Assembly (NCBI GenBank): GCA_963825525.1
Contig: CAWGTN010000002.1
Coordinates: 1,376,001 to 1,440,000, forward strand
Direction of reading: 5' to 3'
Length of the DNA: 64,000 nt
From: an uncultured Chloroflexia bacterium
GTDB taxonomy: Bacteria > Chloroflexota > Limnocylindria > QHBO01
Each line of letters begins with the position of its first letter. The first letter of the stretch is position 1. The translations under genes and the position numbers were made by a program. Below are positions 43,828 through 54,660 of the stretch, in pieces. The notes under the pieces are model-generated. The model had not been told where the DNA came from. It made no database searches and worked only from the letters and a program-made list of their open reading frames with translations.

Positions 43828-45121
43828 TCAGCGCGCGGTGGGCTCCAGGTGGGCAACGAGGCGTTCCGCCAGCTCGATCGAGTAGTTCTGCCCTCGGTCG
43901 TGCGGATACACCTGGAACATGTTGGCCACGTAGAGGCCCGGGATCGGGGTGTCGAAGGGCGGAATGTGATCGCGATACGCGGTCGTGACGATCGGCTGGG
44001 CGAAGGGCGCGCTGAACGACCAGCGTTCCGTGACCCACGATCGATCGAAGCCGGGAGCGATGCGCGCCAGGTGCGGAATGTAGGCGTCGACGATCTCGTC
44101 CAGCGACATGCTGAAGAGCGGGTCGTCCATCGGCCGATAGTTGCCGAGGTAGACGAGGTGACGGCCGCCATAGTCCGCGGCTGGCTGGTAGTTCGTGTGC
44201 TCCACCAGGGCCAGGAACGGGAAGCCGGGATCGTTCACGTTCATCCAGTACGAATCGGTCAATGGCCGGTCAATGGCGAGGATGAGGCAGTGGGCGCCGG
44301 ACGCTCGCCGCCACTCGTGACGCGCGCGGTAGTCGTCGGGGATCCCCGGAGCCAGCCGGCACGTGAGGGTGCGTTGGCAGGGTCGATATAACGAGGTCGA
44401 ACGCCGCTTCGTCCACAGCCGTTCGAACTCGCAGGTCGGATGACGCTGGGCCCCGCCCTATCTCGATCACAGCGGTCGAGAGACGCAGCTCGCCCCGCAT
44501 CGCCGCGATCCGCTCAGCGAGTCGATTGTAGAAGCGCTGGAAGCCACCACGCAGATAGCCGAGCTCAGCGCTGCGATCGTGGACACGAGCCCAAAACCAC
44601 GGCATCGCAATCTCCTCCGCCGCCGCACCGAACTTGCCCTGCAGCAGCGGACCCCACACGACCTCGTAGGCGCGCTCGCCCATCCGTCGCCGGATCCAGG
44701 TTGCCGCGCTCTGTCCCTCGAGCGACGACGGCTCCCCGAGGGTGCGGAGATGGGCCAGCGCCGCGCCCATGCGCATGCGGTCGAGCGGCGGGAGCGGCGA
44801 GAAGCGCAGCAGGCTCATCGGCGAGTCGAGCTGGTGGGCACGGCCACCGCTGAAGGTGACCGTGCGTGGCCGGGACCACGTCAACGCGTCGCCGAGCCCA
44901 AGCTCGTGGATGAGAGCGATCGCGAACCGATCCGAGCGGAAGAGGTGGTGATAGAACTTCTCGAGCCACATCTCCGGCTCGATCTCGAACCCGGCTGCGA
45001 GGCCGCCGGGCAGCGACTCGCGCTCGTAGACGGTGACGCGATCGCCGCGTTGCGACAGCCGCAGCGCCACGGTCAGTCCGAGCGCACCCGCGCCAAGGAC
45101 AGCGACGCGCCGATCGCTCAT
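43828..45121 (-). CDS. FAD-dependent oxidoreductase (HemY/amine-oxidase-like, glycan-locus type; frameshifted)
   Basis: VAVLGAGALGL, GGLA, EKFYHHLF, YP.DRGQN. Confidence 0.85.
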
Positions 45122-46574
45122 GGGCAGCGCTCGAGGAGCACCTGCTTCTCGTCCCGGAGGACTTCGCACCAGCCGGCGTCGGTCGCCGCACCACGCGCGA
45201 TCGCCGTTTCCGGCGGGAAGAGGAGCCAGTCAGCGCCGCCGTACCTCCCCAGGATGGCCTCCCAGCCGGGGTCGGCGGCCCGGATACTCGAGTAGTCCTC
45301 AAGGATGGCCTCCGGATACATGTCGTTGCGCCCGTCGACGAAGACGCGGCCGCCGGTCGGGTGCAGCCGGTTGATGACATAGCCCGCCCAGCCGTACTCG
45401 GCCACCACACGGGCATCCGGATCCATCGCCACGAGCCGGTCGACGGCCGTCGCAGGGAACGCATTGTTGGCGACGTCGAGGCTGGCGGCATCTGGATCGC
45501 GCCGGCACGAGGATCACCCACGCCGCAATGATCACCACGAGACCGACCGACATCTCCATGATTCGCCGGCCCATGACGACCGCTGCCGGATGCTCGCGAC
45601 GTGCGGGCCGGCGAGGTAGGTACGCGTCGAGGGTATGCGCCAGCGTTGGCATGGCGAGGAGCGCGGCCAGCGGTGCGTTCCGAAGAGCAACCAGTCCCAT
45701 CGCGATTCCAACATAGGAGAGGAACTTCAGCCATCCCGGCCCCGACCGGCCCGCCACGGCAATCGCGACGATCAACCCGAGGAAGGCGAGATGCGCCGGA
45801 TCGTGGAAGTCGGGTGACTGCCACTCCTGGATGTTGGCGAGCCCCCAGTCGCTGCCGTCTACGTAGCGGAGCGGGTAGAACAGGCCGGCAGGCCCGGCAG
45901 GGGTGGCCATCGACGCCAGGCCGGAGCCGAGTGTCGCCATCGAGCATCCATCCGCGGGCGTGCGACATCGGGGTCCTGCCGAGGAGCGTGAAGAGCAGAT
46001 AGGCGCCAACGACGCCAAGGCCGATGACGTAAAGCCCGTGCAGGTTGGCCCACGCGATGAACAGGGGGATGAGCAGGAGGGATCGCATCGGACGATCCCT
46101 CCGCAGGCTCATGAGCACCACCAGCTCGATGGCCAGCAGGAGCCATGAGATCGCCTGCGGACGCGCCGTGACGTAGGGGAGGAAGACCAGGGCCGCGAGG
46201 GTCGCCGGGAGGGCGACGGCGATCGTACGCAGGCCGCGACGGGAGAGGGACAGCGCGAGGATTCCGATGGCCGTGCCCGCGACGGCCCCAAACATGACCA
46301 GCGTGGGCGTCGCGCCGATCGTTGACACCGACACGTGCATGAGGACCTCGCTCAGCCACTCATGCGGCGTCCAGGGCTGCCCCTGCCAGGTAAACGAGAA
46401 CGGATCCGTGCTCGGGACGCCTGACTCGGCAATGAGCTTCCCCGCGGTCAGGTGCCAGTAGTAATCGGGATCCCCGAGACCTTTCACCAGGCTGACGGCG
46501 GCCAGGATCACGGCGAGAACCACAGCGTGGATCAGCGACGGCGAGGGAACCCAGGACGGCAGTCGAGCTTGCAT
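45118..46574 (-). CDS. Polytopic membrane protein, GT-C-like (frameshifted)
   Basis: DPDYYWHL, PHEWLSE, RPQAISW, WANLHG, EWQSPDFHDP, FVDGRNDMY. Confidence 0.75.
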
Positions 46575-46639
46575 TCGGCGCGAGTCTAGCCGGTGACGGT
46601 ACGCACCAGCACTGACCCGAAAGGGCTACCCATCGGCGA

Positions 46640-47668
46640 GTGCCGCGTGCAGTAGGCTTCCGCCTCGTGGACTCCCGACGCCTCACTCGCAACATCGGCG
46701 GCTGGGCCGTGCTGGCCCTCGGGGTCGCTGCGGTCGTGCTTGCCGCGATGCGCGCTGAGCAGCAGCTGGCCGCGATCAACTTCAACGCATTCGATGACTG
46801 GCGAACCTACGCTCGGGCGGTTGACCGCTGGCTGGCCGGCGAGCCGATCTACGCCCCAACCCAGGTCACGGGGTCATACCAGCTGCGCGACACTCTCCTG
46901 ACCGGATTCACCTACCCGCCGGCGGCAGTGCCGCTCCTCGCGCCTTTCGCAGCGGGCACGGCCGGGCTCATCGCGTGGATCTCCGTCAACCTCGGCACGT
47001 TCATCCTGGGGGTAGTCGCCGTGCTTCGGCACGAGCTGGGTGGCGTCGGTCCGCTTGCGATCGGCATTGCGCTCATCGGCGCGGCGGTCTTTCCCCCATT
47101 TGGGAACGCAGTCGTATCCGGCAACCTGAACCTGGGCATCGCCGGCCTTTTCGCATGGCTTTGGGTCATTCGCGCGCAGCGGCTGACGGCCGGAGTGGCG
47201 GGCATCGGAGCGGTGCTGAAGCTCTTCCCGGGCCTCCTTGCCGCGTGGCCGATGCGCCATGACGGTTGGCGCAGCTTCGGAATAGCGGCAGGCTCAGGTC
47301 TTGCCGTTGTCCTCGCGACCCTGCCGCTCGTCGGTGTGGCGTCGTGGGTCGACTTCGGCCGGGCGCTGCTCAACGCGCAGCCCGAGTGCTCGCCGCAAAG
47401 CTTCTCGATCGCCTGCGGGCTGGATGGCGCGGTTGGGCCGTCCGCCGCGCGTCTGGTTGGGGTCGTCGTCTCTCTCGCCCTGGTTGTCATCACGCTTCGT
47501 GTCAGGTCGCCGTTTGTGGCGTACGCAGCGCTTGCGGGTGCGCTGCTCGCGCCGGTGGTGGACATGCATCCGCACTACTGGCTGTTCGCCTGGATCGTGG
47601 CGTTCGTGGGCGTGGCGCGCGGGATGGGACGAAGGGCACACCGCGAGCTCGTGCCGAGGCCAGCATGA
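46640..47668 (+). CDS. GT87 (DUF2029)-like glycosyltransferase
   Basis: DDW..Y, FTYPP, GN, LKLFP; multi-TM. Confidence 0.8.
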   Translation: MPRAVGFRLVDSRRLTRNIGGWAVLALGVAAVVLAAMRAEQQLAAINFNAFDDWRTYARAVDRWLAGEPIYAPTQVTGSYQLRDTLLTGFTYPPAAVPLLAPFAAGTAGLIAWISVNLGTFILGVVAVLRHELGGVGPLAIGIALIGAAVFPPFGNAVVSGNLNLGIAGLFAWLWVIRAQRLTAGVAGIGAVLKLFPGLLAAWPMRHDGWRSFGIAAGSGLAVVLATLPLVGVASWVDFGRALLNAQPECSPQSFSIACGLDGAVGPSAARLVGVVVSLALVVITLRVRSPFVAYAALAGALLAPVVDMHPHYWLFAWIVAFVGVARGMGRRAHRELVPRPA

Positions 47669-48531
47669 GGAGGAACGCGGCGAGGATCGGCCCCCTGATC
47701 GTGATGGGGATTCTCTCCGGCATCGCGGTCGGGGCGGTGGTCTTCGGCCTGGAATCGTGGACGCTGGAGGACATGCACGTCTACCTGGAGGCGGCGCATA
47801 GGCTGCGGGCGGGCGAGACCCTGTACTCGACCACGAATCCGCTCGCGGCCTACCAGTACGCGCCGTGGTTCGCCGCCGCCTGGGTTCCCTTCACGTTTCT
47901 GCCGGAGACCATGGTCGCCGTGGCGTGGTCGGTTGTCCTCGTCGCGGCGTCGTTCATCAGCGTCCGTCCGCTGCTCGCGAGCCGGTCTGCGCCGGCGCTG
48001 GCGTTGGCGCTGCTCATGTTTCCAATCCTCCTCTTCTCGTCCGCGCGCAGCGGCAACGTGCAGCCGATCCTCATTGCCGCACTCGTTACCGGACTCGAAC
48101 GCCGATGGGGACCGGTCGCCATTGCGGCCGCAGCGTCACTCAAGGCGTTTCCGCTCGCGTTCGCCTTGGTGTACCTCGGCCGTCGCGACTGGCGACGCTT
48201 CGCGATTACCGTCGGCCTGACGGCGCTGATCGTGGCGCCTATGCTCGTCTTTGATCTGGAGCGCTACACCGTCGACGGCCCACGAGCCGGAACGCTGTAC
48301 GACATCTCGCCAATTGCCTACGCGATTCCCGCCGCCGGCCTGGCCCTGGTGACAATTCTTCTCGCAAGGCGACGGTCTCGTCACGCCTGGCTGGCCGCCG
48401 CAACCACCGTCGTCGTGGGGCTACCCAGAATGCTGAGCTACGACATCACATTCCTTCTGGCCGGGACGACGACCCGCCTCACGACACCTGCAGCGGACGA
48501 GGATGTGGCCGGGCGCGGGATGGTCGGCTGA
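47665..48531 (+). CDS. GT87-like glycosyltransferase
   Basis: DMHVY, YQYAPWF, GNVQP, LKAFP. Confidence 0.78.
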   Translation: MRRNAARIGPLIVMGILSGIAVGAVVFGLESWTLEDMHVYLEAAHRLRAGETLYSTTNPLAAYQYAPWFAAAWVPFTFLPETMVAVAWSVVLVAASFISVRPLLASRSAPALALALLMFPILLFSSARSGNVQPILIAALVTGLERRWGPVAIAAAASLKAFPLAFALVYLGRRDWRRFAITVGLTALIVAPMLVFDLERYTVDGPRAGTLYDISPIAYAIPAAGLALVTILLARRRSRHAWLAAATTVVVGLPRMLSYDITFLLAGTTTRLTTPAADEDVAGRGMVG

Positions 48532-48545
48532 TAGTGTCACCGCCG

Positions 48546-49577
48546 ATGTCCGCAACCTCCACGCTGCTCGCCATCGCAGGCCGACGTCGCTTCCTCATTC
48601 GACTGTCCGCCGCGGCGCTGGTCGTCTATATCGCCATCGTCGTGTCCCTCGGCTTCCGCGGCGACTGGGCGATCGATTTCACGTGCTGCTACCAGCAGGC
48701 AGGGCAGCGCCTCTTGGACGGCGGCGATCTGTATGCCTGGAGCGAGACGTACACCTTCCGGTACACGCCCTGGGCGGCGGCGTTGCTCACGGTCTTCACG
48801 CCATTCCCGGAGTGGATGGCCATCTTGCTGTGGCTCGCCATCAAGGCCGTGGTGCTGGTGGCCGCCGCCGCCCTGTTCGCGCGAGCGTGGGCAGGATCCG
48901 ACCGAACGTTCGCCTTTGGCCTGGCGGCGTTCTTCCCGCCGGCGATGCATGACCTCATGATCGGCAACGTCAGCGCCTTCACGCTGGTGGTGGAGATCAT
49001 GCTGCTCCGGCTGCGGCCGGCCATCGCCGGCCCGGCTTTCGGCCTCCTCCTCCTCCTTGTACCCAAGCCGCACTTGGTGCCGATCCTGGTTTGGCTGCTC
49101 ATTCGCCAGTCGCGAACCGGGCTCATGGCCCTGGGCGTCTGTGCCGCCGGCGTGCTGGTCGGCATCGGCCTGTTCGGCCTCGAACCGTGGCTGGGCTTCG
49201 TCGACACCCTGCGCGAGCCGCTCGGGCGGGACTTCACGGCCAACATCGGCCTCTCCGGCTTGCTCGGGCCTGTGGGCGTTGTCATCTCCGCGGTTCTTGC
49301 AGCCGGGCTGTTCGCCATGGCGGTGCAGCGGCGCGGATCGGAAGGCCTCGGATACGCGATCCTGTCGGGCATCGTGCTCGGTCCGTACACGTTCATCCAC
49401 TACTTGGTCGGGGTGCTGGTGGCCGCAGAACCTTTGCTCCGCGCCCGACCTCGCCGGTTGGTCGCCTTTCCACTGCTCTATCTGATCGCACCGCTCTCGC
49501 ATGTCTGGACGGTGCTGCTCGCCGTAGTGAGCTGGGCGACGCTCCGCGACGGAGCTCGGGCCGGTCCGGATGCGTGA
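48546..49577 (+). CDS. GT87-like glycosyltransferase
   Basis: DFTCCY, FRYTPW, GNV, KPHL. Confidence 0.78.
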   Translation: MSATSTLLAIAGRRRFLIRLSAAALVVYIAIVVSLGFRGDWAIDFTCCYQQAGQRLLDGGDLYAWSETYTFRYTPWAAALLTVFTPFPEWMAILLWLAIKAVVLVAAAALFARAWAGSDRTFAFGLAAFFPPAMHDLMIGNVSAFTLVVEIMLLRLRPAIAGPAFGLLLLLVPKPHLVPILVWLLIRQSRTGLMALGVCAAGVLVGIGLFGLEPWLGFVDTLREPLGRDFTANIGLSGLLGPVGVVISAVLAAGLFAMAVQRRGSEGLGYAILSGIVLGPYTFIHYLVGVLVAAEPLLRARPRRLVAFPLLYLIAPLSHVWTVLLAVVSWATLRDGARAGPDA

Positions 49578-51198
49578 CCTGAGCGTTCGACCCCGAGTTC
49601 GGGACGTGGTGGTCCTTGCGCTCGTCGCGCTTGTCGCGCGGGTCATCGCCGGCTGGCTGGTGAGCTGGCCGCCATATACCGATCCGGGCTACTACACCCT
49701 GGTGGCGACGCGGCTGGCCGATGGATTTGGGTTCACCGTCCCGGTGCTATGGAGCTTCCTGGAGGTAGGCGGCTCACTTCCCGCCGATGCGACACTTCCC
49801 GTCGCCAGTAACGGGCACTGGATGCCGCTCACCTCAATCGTCGCCGCCGGAGCCATGGCCATCTTCGGCTCCGAATACCGCGCCGGCCAGGTCCCGATGA
49901 TCCTGCTCAGCACGGCGCTCGTACCGGCGACGTACCTCATCGGCATACGCTTCTGGCGCCAGCGATTTGTGGCGGTGGCCGGTGCACTGCTGGCAGTCTT
50001 CGCAGGGCCGTTGCTCGTGATGTATCCAACGATTGACAACTTCGCGGTCTTCGGCGCAGCTGGCTGCGCCGCGATCTGGCTCGCCTGCGAAGCCGTGGAC
50101 GCGCGTCGGCCGCTCCTGTGGCTGATCGGGTCGGGTGCGCTGGTCGGTTGCGCGACGTTGGCGCGTGTCGACGGCCTTCTCCTGGCTATCGCAACCATGA
50201 CCGCATGGGCACTCATCGCCGCTCGTCGCGGCGTCGACGACTGGCCAAGGGTTATCGGCCTGGGAGCCGCTGCGCTGGGCGCGTTCGCCATCGTCGTGGC
50301 GCCGTGGGCGCTTCGTAACGTGGCGGAATTCGGTGCGGCATTGCCGTCAGCTGGAGGACACACGCTCTGGATCACGGACTACAACGAGCAGTTCTCGATC
50401 GGCAGTGAGCCGTCGGTCGGCAACTACCTGGGTTGGGGGATCGGTCCAATCGTTGCCAGTAAGCTCGTGAGCTGGGGAGAGCTGATCGGGCGGACAGCGG
50501 TGCTGTTGGGTGGCATCTTTCTGATCCCATTCGCAGCCGGGCTGTGGCGCGAACGCCGTCGCGGAGAGCTGGCACCGTTTCTCGCCTACTTCGTGGTGAT
50601 GTTCGTGGCGATGGGGCTCGTATTCACGTTCCACGCGCCGAAGGGCGCGTTTTATCATTCCGCGCCGGCGTGGCTCCCATTCGCATTTCCGCTTGCCGTG
50701 GCGAACATGGCGCCGGTCGCAACATCAGCGGGGCGCTTCTGGCGATTCCTGCAACGTCCGCAGACGCATCGGTTCCTCGTCGTGGCCGGTCTGGTGGGAG
50801 CCGTGTTCCTGTCGATCATCGGCTCAACGATCCTCTATCAACAGTGGAGTGCTTCGCGGGCGCGCGAGCTCGCCGCGGCCGGGTTTCTCTCCTCCGGCGG
50901 CCGATCAGGCGACGTGATCATGTACAGCGACCCGGCATCCATGGCGTTGACCAGTGGGAACCCCGGCATCGCGGGTCCGTTCGACGGGTATCCGATCCAG
51001 GAGCAGGTCATCCGCGCGTTCGATGTGGCCTGGGTCGTGGTAACCATTCGACCGGGCGAGACAACCGATCCGCTTGGCTTCTGGAGGGGCGGATTGGCGC
51101 GGGATGCCAACGGCGTCCGCGCCCACTTCCTCGCGAATGAACCAGCCTTCGAGGCTGATGGCGTCCGCATCTTCCGCGTGCTGGCTCCCACGGAGTGA
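49570..51198 (+). CDS. ArnT/GT39-like GT-C glycosyltransferase
   Basis: DPGYY, HWMPL, LARVDG, PWALRN; about 11 TM. Confidence 0.78.
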   Translation: MRDLSVRPRVRDVVVLALVALVARVIAGWLVSWPPYTDPGYYTLVATRLADGFGFTVPVLWSFLEVGGSLPADATLPVASNGHWMPLTSIVAAGAMAIFGSEYRAGQVPMILLSTALVPATYLIGIRFWRQRFVAVAGALLAVFAGPLLVMYPTIDNFAVFGAAGCAAIWLACEAVDARRPLLWLIGSGALVGCATLARVDGLLLAIATMTAWALIAARRGVDDWPRVIGLGAAALGAFAIVVAPWALRNVAEFGAALPSAGGHTLWITDYNEQFSIGSEPSVGNYLGWGIGPIVASKLVSWGELIGRTAVLLGGIFLIPFAAGLWRERRRGELAPFLAYFVVMFVAMGLVFTFHAPKGAFYHSAPAWLPFAFPLAVANMAPVATSAGRFWRFLQRPQTHRFLVVAGLVGAVFLSIIGSTILYQQWSASRARELAAAGFLSSGGRSGDVIMYSDPASMALTSGNPGIAGPFDGYPIQEQVIRAFDVAWVVVTIRPGETTDPLGFWRGGLARDANGVRAHFLANEPAFEADGVRIFRVLAPTE

Positions 51199-51206
51199 TC
51201 CCTCGA

Positions 51207-52019
51207 ATGGTGAAGCGAGGCTGGGCACCGCTGTATTGGACCCTCACCCTAGTGGGTGCCATCTACTGCGGGCTCGTCCTGGTCGGGCTTGTTCCCTATG
51301 GCGGATGTACCGGGGAATTGGTCATGTGCGACGGTGCCGCCTACTACTACGCGCCGTCAGACCCGTACCGATGGGACCTGCGGCCGGAGGGCGTCGCGCC
51401 GTACCGGTATGCGCCTGCCTTCCTGGTCCCATTCGCACCCTTCGAACTGCTGCCGTGGGAGATGTTCGCCGCCACGTGGTTCGGGTTGCACGTGATTGCC
51501 TTCATATGGCTGCGTGCGGGCTGGATGATGGCGGTGCCCGGACTCCAGGACGACCTGATCCGCGGCAACGTCACGGTATTTTTGGCGGTCGCCGTCGTGC
51601 TCGCGCTGACGCGCACGGCTGCGTGGTGGATGCCGGTGTTGCTGACAAAGGTCACACCTGGGGTCGGCGCCGTCTGGCACCTCGCGCGGCGCGAGTGGCG
51701 GGAGTTCGTGATCGCGGTCGGCATCACCACCCTCGTCGTGACCGCCGGATTTATCGTGGCGCCTTCCCTGTGGACGGAGTGGTTCCGCTCGGTTGCTGCC
51801 GGCCCGGAGTCGTACGAAGTCGGGCACCCGCTGGGGCCGCTGCCGCTGCGGCTGCTCTTCGCGGTCGCGGTCGTTGCGTTCGCCGGGATGACGGACCGCG
51901 CATGGCTCTTGCCGATTGGCCTACTGGTGGCGGTTCCAGGACTGTGGCCCCTGAATCTTGCGCTGCTGGCAGCGATCCCGCGGCTTCGCGCGATGCCGGT
52001 GGCTACGGGCAGTCGGTGA
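51207..52019 (+). CDS. GT87-like glycosyltransferase
   Basis: DGAAYY, YRYAPAF, GNV, TKVTPGVG. Confidence 0.75.
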   Translation: MVKRGWAPLYWTLTLVGAIYCGLVLVGLVPYGGCTGELVMCDGAAYYYAPSDPYRWDLRPEGVAPYRYAPAFLVPFAPFELLPWEMFAATWFGLHVIAFIWLRAGWMMAVPGLQDDLIRGNVTVFLAVAVVLALTRTAAWWMPVLLTKVTPGVGAVWHLARREWREFVIAVGITTLVVTAGFIVAPSLWTEWFRSVAAGPESYEVGHPLGPLPLRLLFAVAVVAFAGMTDRAWLLPIGLLVAVPGLWPLNLALLAAIPRLRAMPVATGSR

Positions 52020-53439
52020 CCAGAAGAACGGCGACATCGTCCCGGAATGCCTCGCACCACCCGGCATCTTGGGCGGCACCCCTTACGAGCGCTGCGGCTG
52101 GCGGCATGAGGATCGCGTCGGCCCCGTACGTCGCCATTAGGCTCTCCCAGCCTTCCTCCGCATTTCGAATCGACACGAAGTCATCGAGAATCCTTTCGTC
52201 GTACATATCGTTGCGTCCGTCCACGAAGACCCGCGCTCCGGTGTCGAACAGCCGATACGTGACGTACCCACCCCACTGGTACTCCGCGACGACGCGTGCA
52301 TCAGGAGCGATCTCCTCGAGTTGGTCCACAGCCGCCACCGGGAACGTGCGTGGGATTACCACGTGGCCGGCGACAGCCGGAAGGCCAGGCACGATGATCA
52401 CCGTCGCTGCCAGGATGAGCGCGGCGGCACCGATCTCCATGACCCGACGCGCGAGTTGCACGCGCCCGGGGAGGGGCTGGACCCTCTTCTGCATTCGATC
52501 GCCCAGACCCAGCGCCAGGGTCGGAAGCACCAGGAGGCCCGCGAGAGGAACGTTTCGCGTGGCCAGCAGCGCTCCGACGACGCCGCACGCGGCCATGCCG
52601 ATCAACCAGGTGGGCGTGGCTCGCATGGCGTTGGCCAGGACCGCGAGGATCAGGCCCAGCAGACCCAGCTGGGTAGGATCGTGGAAGTCGGGGGACTGCC
52701 ACTCCGAGATGTGGCTCAGCCCCCAGTCCCCCGCATCCACATAGCGCAGCGGATAGACGAGTCCTTCCGGGCCGGCCGGCGTAACCATCGATGCCGCGAT
52801 GGCGGCTGCCAGGACGCCGAGCATCTCCCACCGCCGCGGCGACATCGGCGTGCGACCGATCAACGTGAACAGGACATAGAGCCCGAGCACACCGAGGCCG
52901 ATCACGTACAGTCCGTGCACGTTGGCCCAGATCACCATGAGCGGAATGACCAACCAAGGTCGCCATCGGCGCTCCGGTCTCATCGAGACGAGCCCGGCGA
53001 GAAGGAGACCGAGGAGTAGCCATGAGATTGCCTGGGGGCGGATCGTTGCGTACGACGCGAAGAGGTAGACGACCAGCGACGTCGCGATGGTCAACGGCAG
53101 CAGCGCCACTCCCTGGCGTCGGAGCGCCCAGGCCAGGATCAGCGGTCCGGAAATGCTGGCGACGCCGAAGAGGAAGGTTGAGATGCCCACGCCCACCCCG
53201 GCGATGAGCCAATGCATGACCAGCTCCCCCAGCCACTCGTGCATGACCCAGGACTGGCCTCCCCATGTGTATGAAAACGGGTCGGTCTGGAGCACGCCCC
53301 TCTCGGCTACCAGACGGCCCGCCATGATGTGCCAGTAGTAGTCGCTGTCCACGAGCCCGCGGGCCGTCGTCAGGATCCCGAACACGCCCGCGACGGTGAT
53401 CGCATAGATCGCGAAGGGGCTGGGCATGCGGGTTGGCAT
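52003..53439 (-). CDS. Polytopic membrane protein, GT-C-like; paralog of 45118..46574
   Basis: DSDYYWH, MHEWLGE, RPQAISW, WANVHG, EWQSPDFHDP, FVDGRNDMY. Confidence 0.8.
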   Translation of the reverse strand: MPTRMPSPFAIYAITVAGVFGILTTARGLVDSDYYWHIMAGRLVAERGVLQTDPFSYTWGGQSWVMHEWLGELVMHWLIAGVGVGISTFLFGVASISGPLILAWALRRQGVALLPLTIATSLVVYLFASYATIRPQAISWLLLGLLLAGLVSMRPERRWRPWLVIPLMVIWANVHGLYVIGLGVLGLYVLFTLIGRTPMSPRRWEMLGVLAAAIAASMVTPAGPEGLVYPLRYVDAGDWGLSHISEWQSPDFHDPTQLGLLGLILAVLANAMRATPTWLIGMAACGVVGALLATRNVPLAGLLVLPTLALGLGDRMQKRVQPLPGRVQLARRVMEIGAAALILAATVIIVPGLPAVAGHVVIPRTFPVAAVDQLEEIAPDARVVAEYQWGGYVTYRLFDTGARVFVDGRNDMYDERILDDFVSIRNAEEGWESLMATYGADAILMPPAAALVRGAAQDAGWCEAFRDDVAVLLVTDCP

Positions 53440-53630
53440 TGCACGGGAGTCTACGAGCAGCGGCGCACTCGCGATGCGGGAGCTGCTGGTACAACCCCGG
53501 AAATGCGGGCGTCGCACGAGGCGCCCCTAGTACTTCCGGCGCACAAAGTACTGTTGCTGGAATGCACAGCACGCCGACAGCATGGGCGCGAGGTCCGGTA
53601 CCAGTCCGGACCCGGTACTCAAGGGAGTCC

Positions 53631-54647
53631 ATGCCGAACGAAGCGGAGCGGGGAACCATCGGACGGTTCGACCGCATCGGCGCCGAAGCGAGCGAGCATC
53701 TCCGCGGAGAGTCTCGCCGCATGCACGAGCTTGCGGAGCAGTTCCGCGAGCAGTACCGGCGCAACCTGGAGGAGTGGATGCAGCTTCGCGCTCGCATCGA
53801 CCGCCGTGGTGGCGCGCTCCGACCGGTTGGGACCGATACCCTGCGCGCCGAGTACGAGGCCCATGGTCGCGAGCTCGCCAGCCTCCAGGGCCGCTTGAAG
53901 CGCATGGACGTGATCGCTCGGCAGCTGGACATCCTGTGGGCCTACCTCGAAGGCGCCGATGATCCGAGCGACGAGCCGGCCCTCATCGACGACGACTCAC
54001 CGGCAGCCATGAGCCTCCGGATCATCCAGGCCCAGGAGGGCGAACGCCAGCGCATGGCCGAGGACATCCACGATGGACCGGCCCAGGTGCTGACGAATGC
54101 CATCTTCCAGGTCGAGTACCTCAACCGCATGCTCGGCGACACTGACCGGGCCGCCCAGGCCGAGATCGCATTCCTGCGCGACATGCTGCGCGGCGGCCTG
54201 GACGAGGTGCGGACATTCATCACCGATCTCCGGCCCCCGTTGCCGGATGTCGGCGTGGCCGCCGCGCTCGCGGAGCGGACACAGCAGCTGGAGACGCACC
54301 ACGGGATCGTGGTGGAGGTCTCCCTGGACGGCGTCGACGATCGGCTCAGCCCCACGCAGCGCGTGTCGGTGGTGCGGATCATCCAGGAGGCCCTCCAGAA
54401 CGTTCGAAAGCACGCGGCGGCAAGCGCCATCGTCATCAAGCTGGAAGAGGACGCCATCGTCATCGAGGACAACGGACGGGGCTTCGACCTGATGCGCCTC
54501 GCATCGGGCAAGACCCGCAACTTCGGACTGCAGTTCATGCGGGAGCGCGCCGAGCTTCTCGGCGGCCAGCTCCAGATCGAGTCACGACAGGGTGAGGGCA
54601 CCCGCATCCTGCTTCGCCTGCCGGAGCAGGCTGCCGATGCACACTGA
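53631..54647 (+). CDS. Soluble HisKA_3 histidine kinase (DegS-like)
   Basis: Coiled-coil N-terminus, ERQRMAEDIHDGPAQ, QEALQNVRKHA, DNGRGF, FGL..MRER. Confidence 0.92.
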   Translation: MPNEAERGTIGRFDRIGAEASEHLRGESRRMHELAEQFREQYRRNLEEWMQLRARIDRRGGALRPVGTDTLRAEYEAHGRELASLQGRLKRMDVIARQLDILWAYLEGADDPSDEPALIDDDSPAAMSLRIIQAQEGERQRMAEDIHDGPAQVLTNAIFQVEYLNRMLGDTDRAAQAEIAFLRDMLRGGLDEVRTFITDLRPPLPDVGVAAALAERTQQLETHHGIVVEVSLDGVDDRLSPTQRVSVVRIIQEALQNVRKHAAASAIVIKLEEDAIVIEDNGRGFDLMRLASGKTRNFGLQFMRERAELLGGQLQIESRQGEGTRILLRLPEQAADAH

Positions 54648-54660
54648 GGAGGAGATTCCC

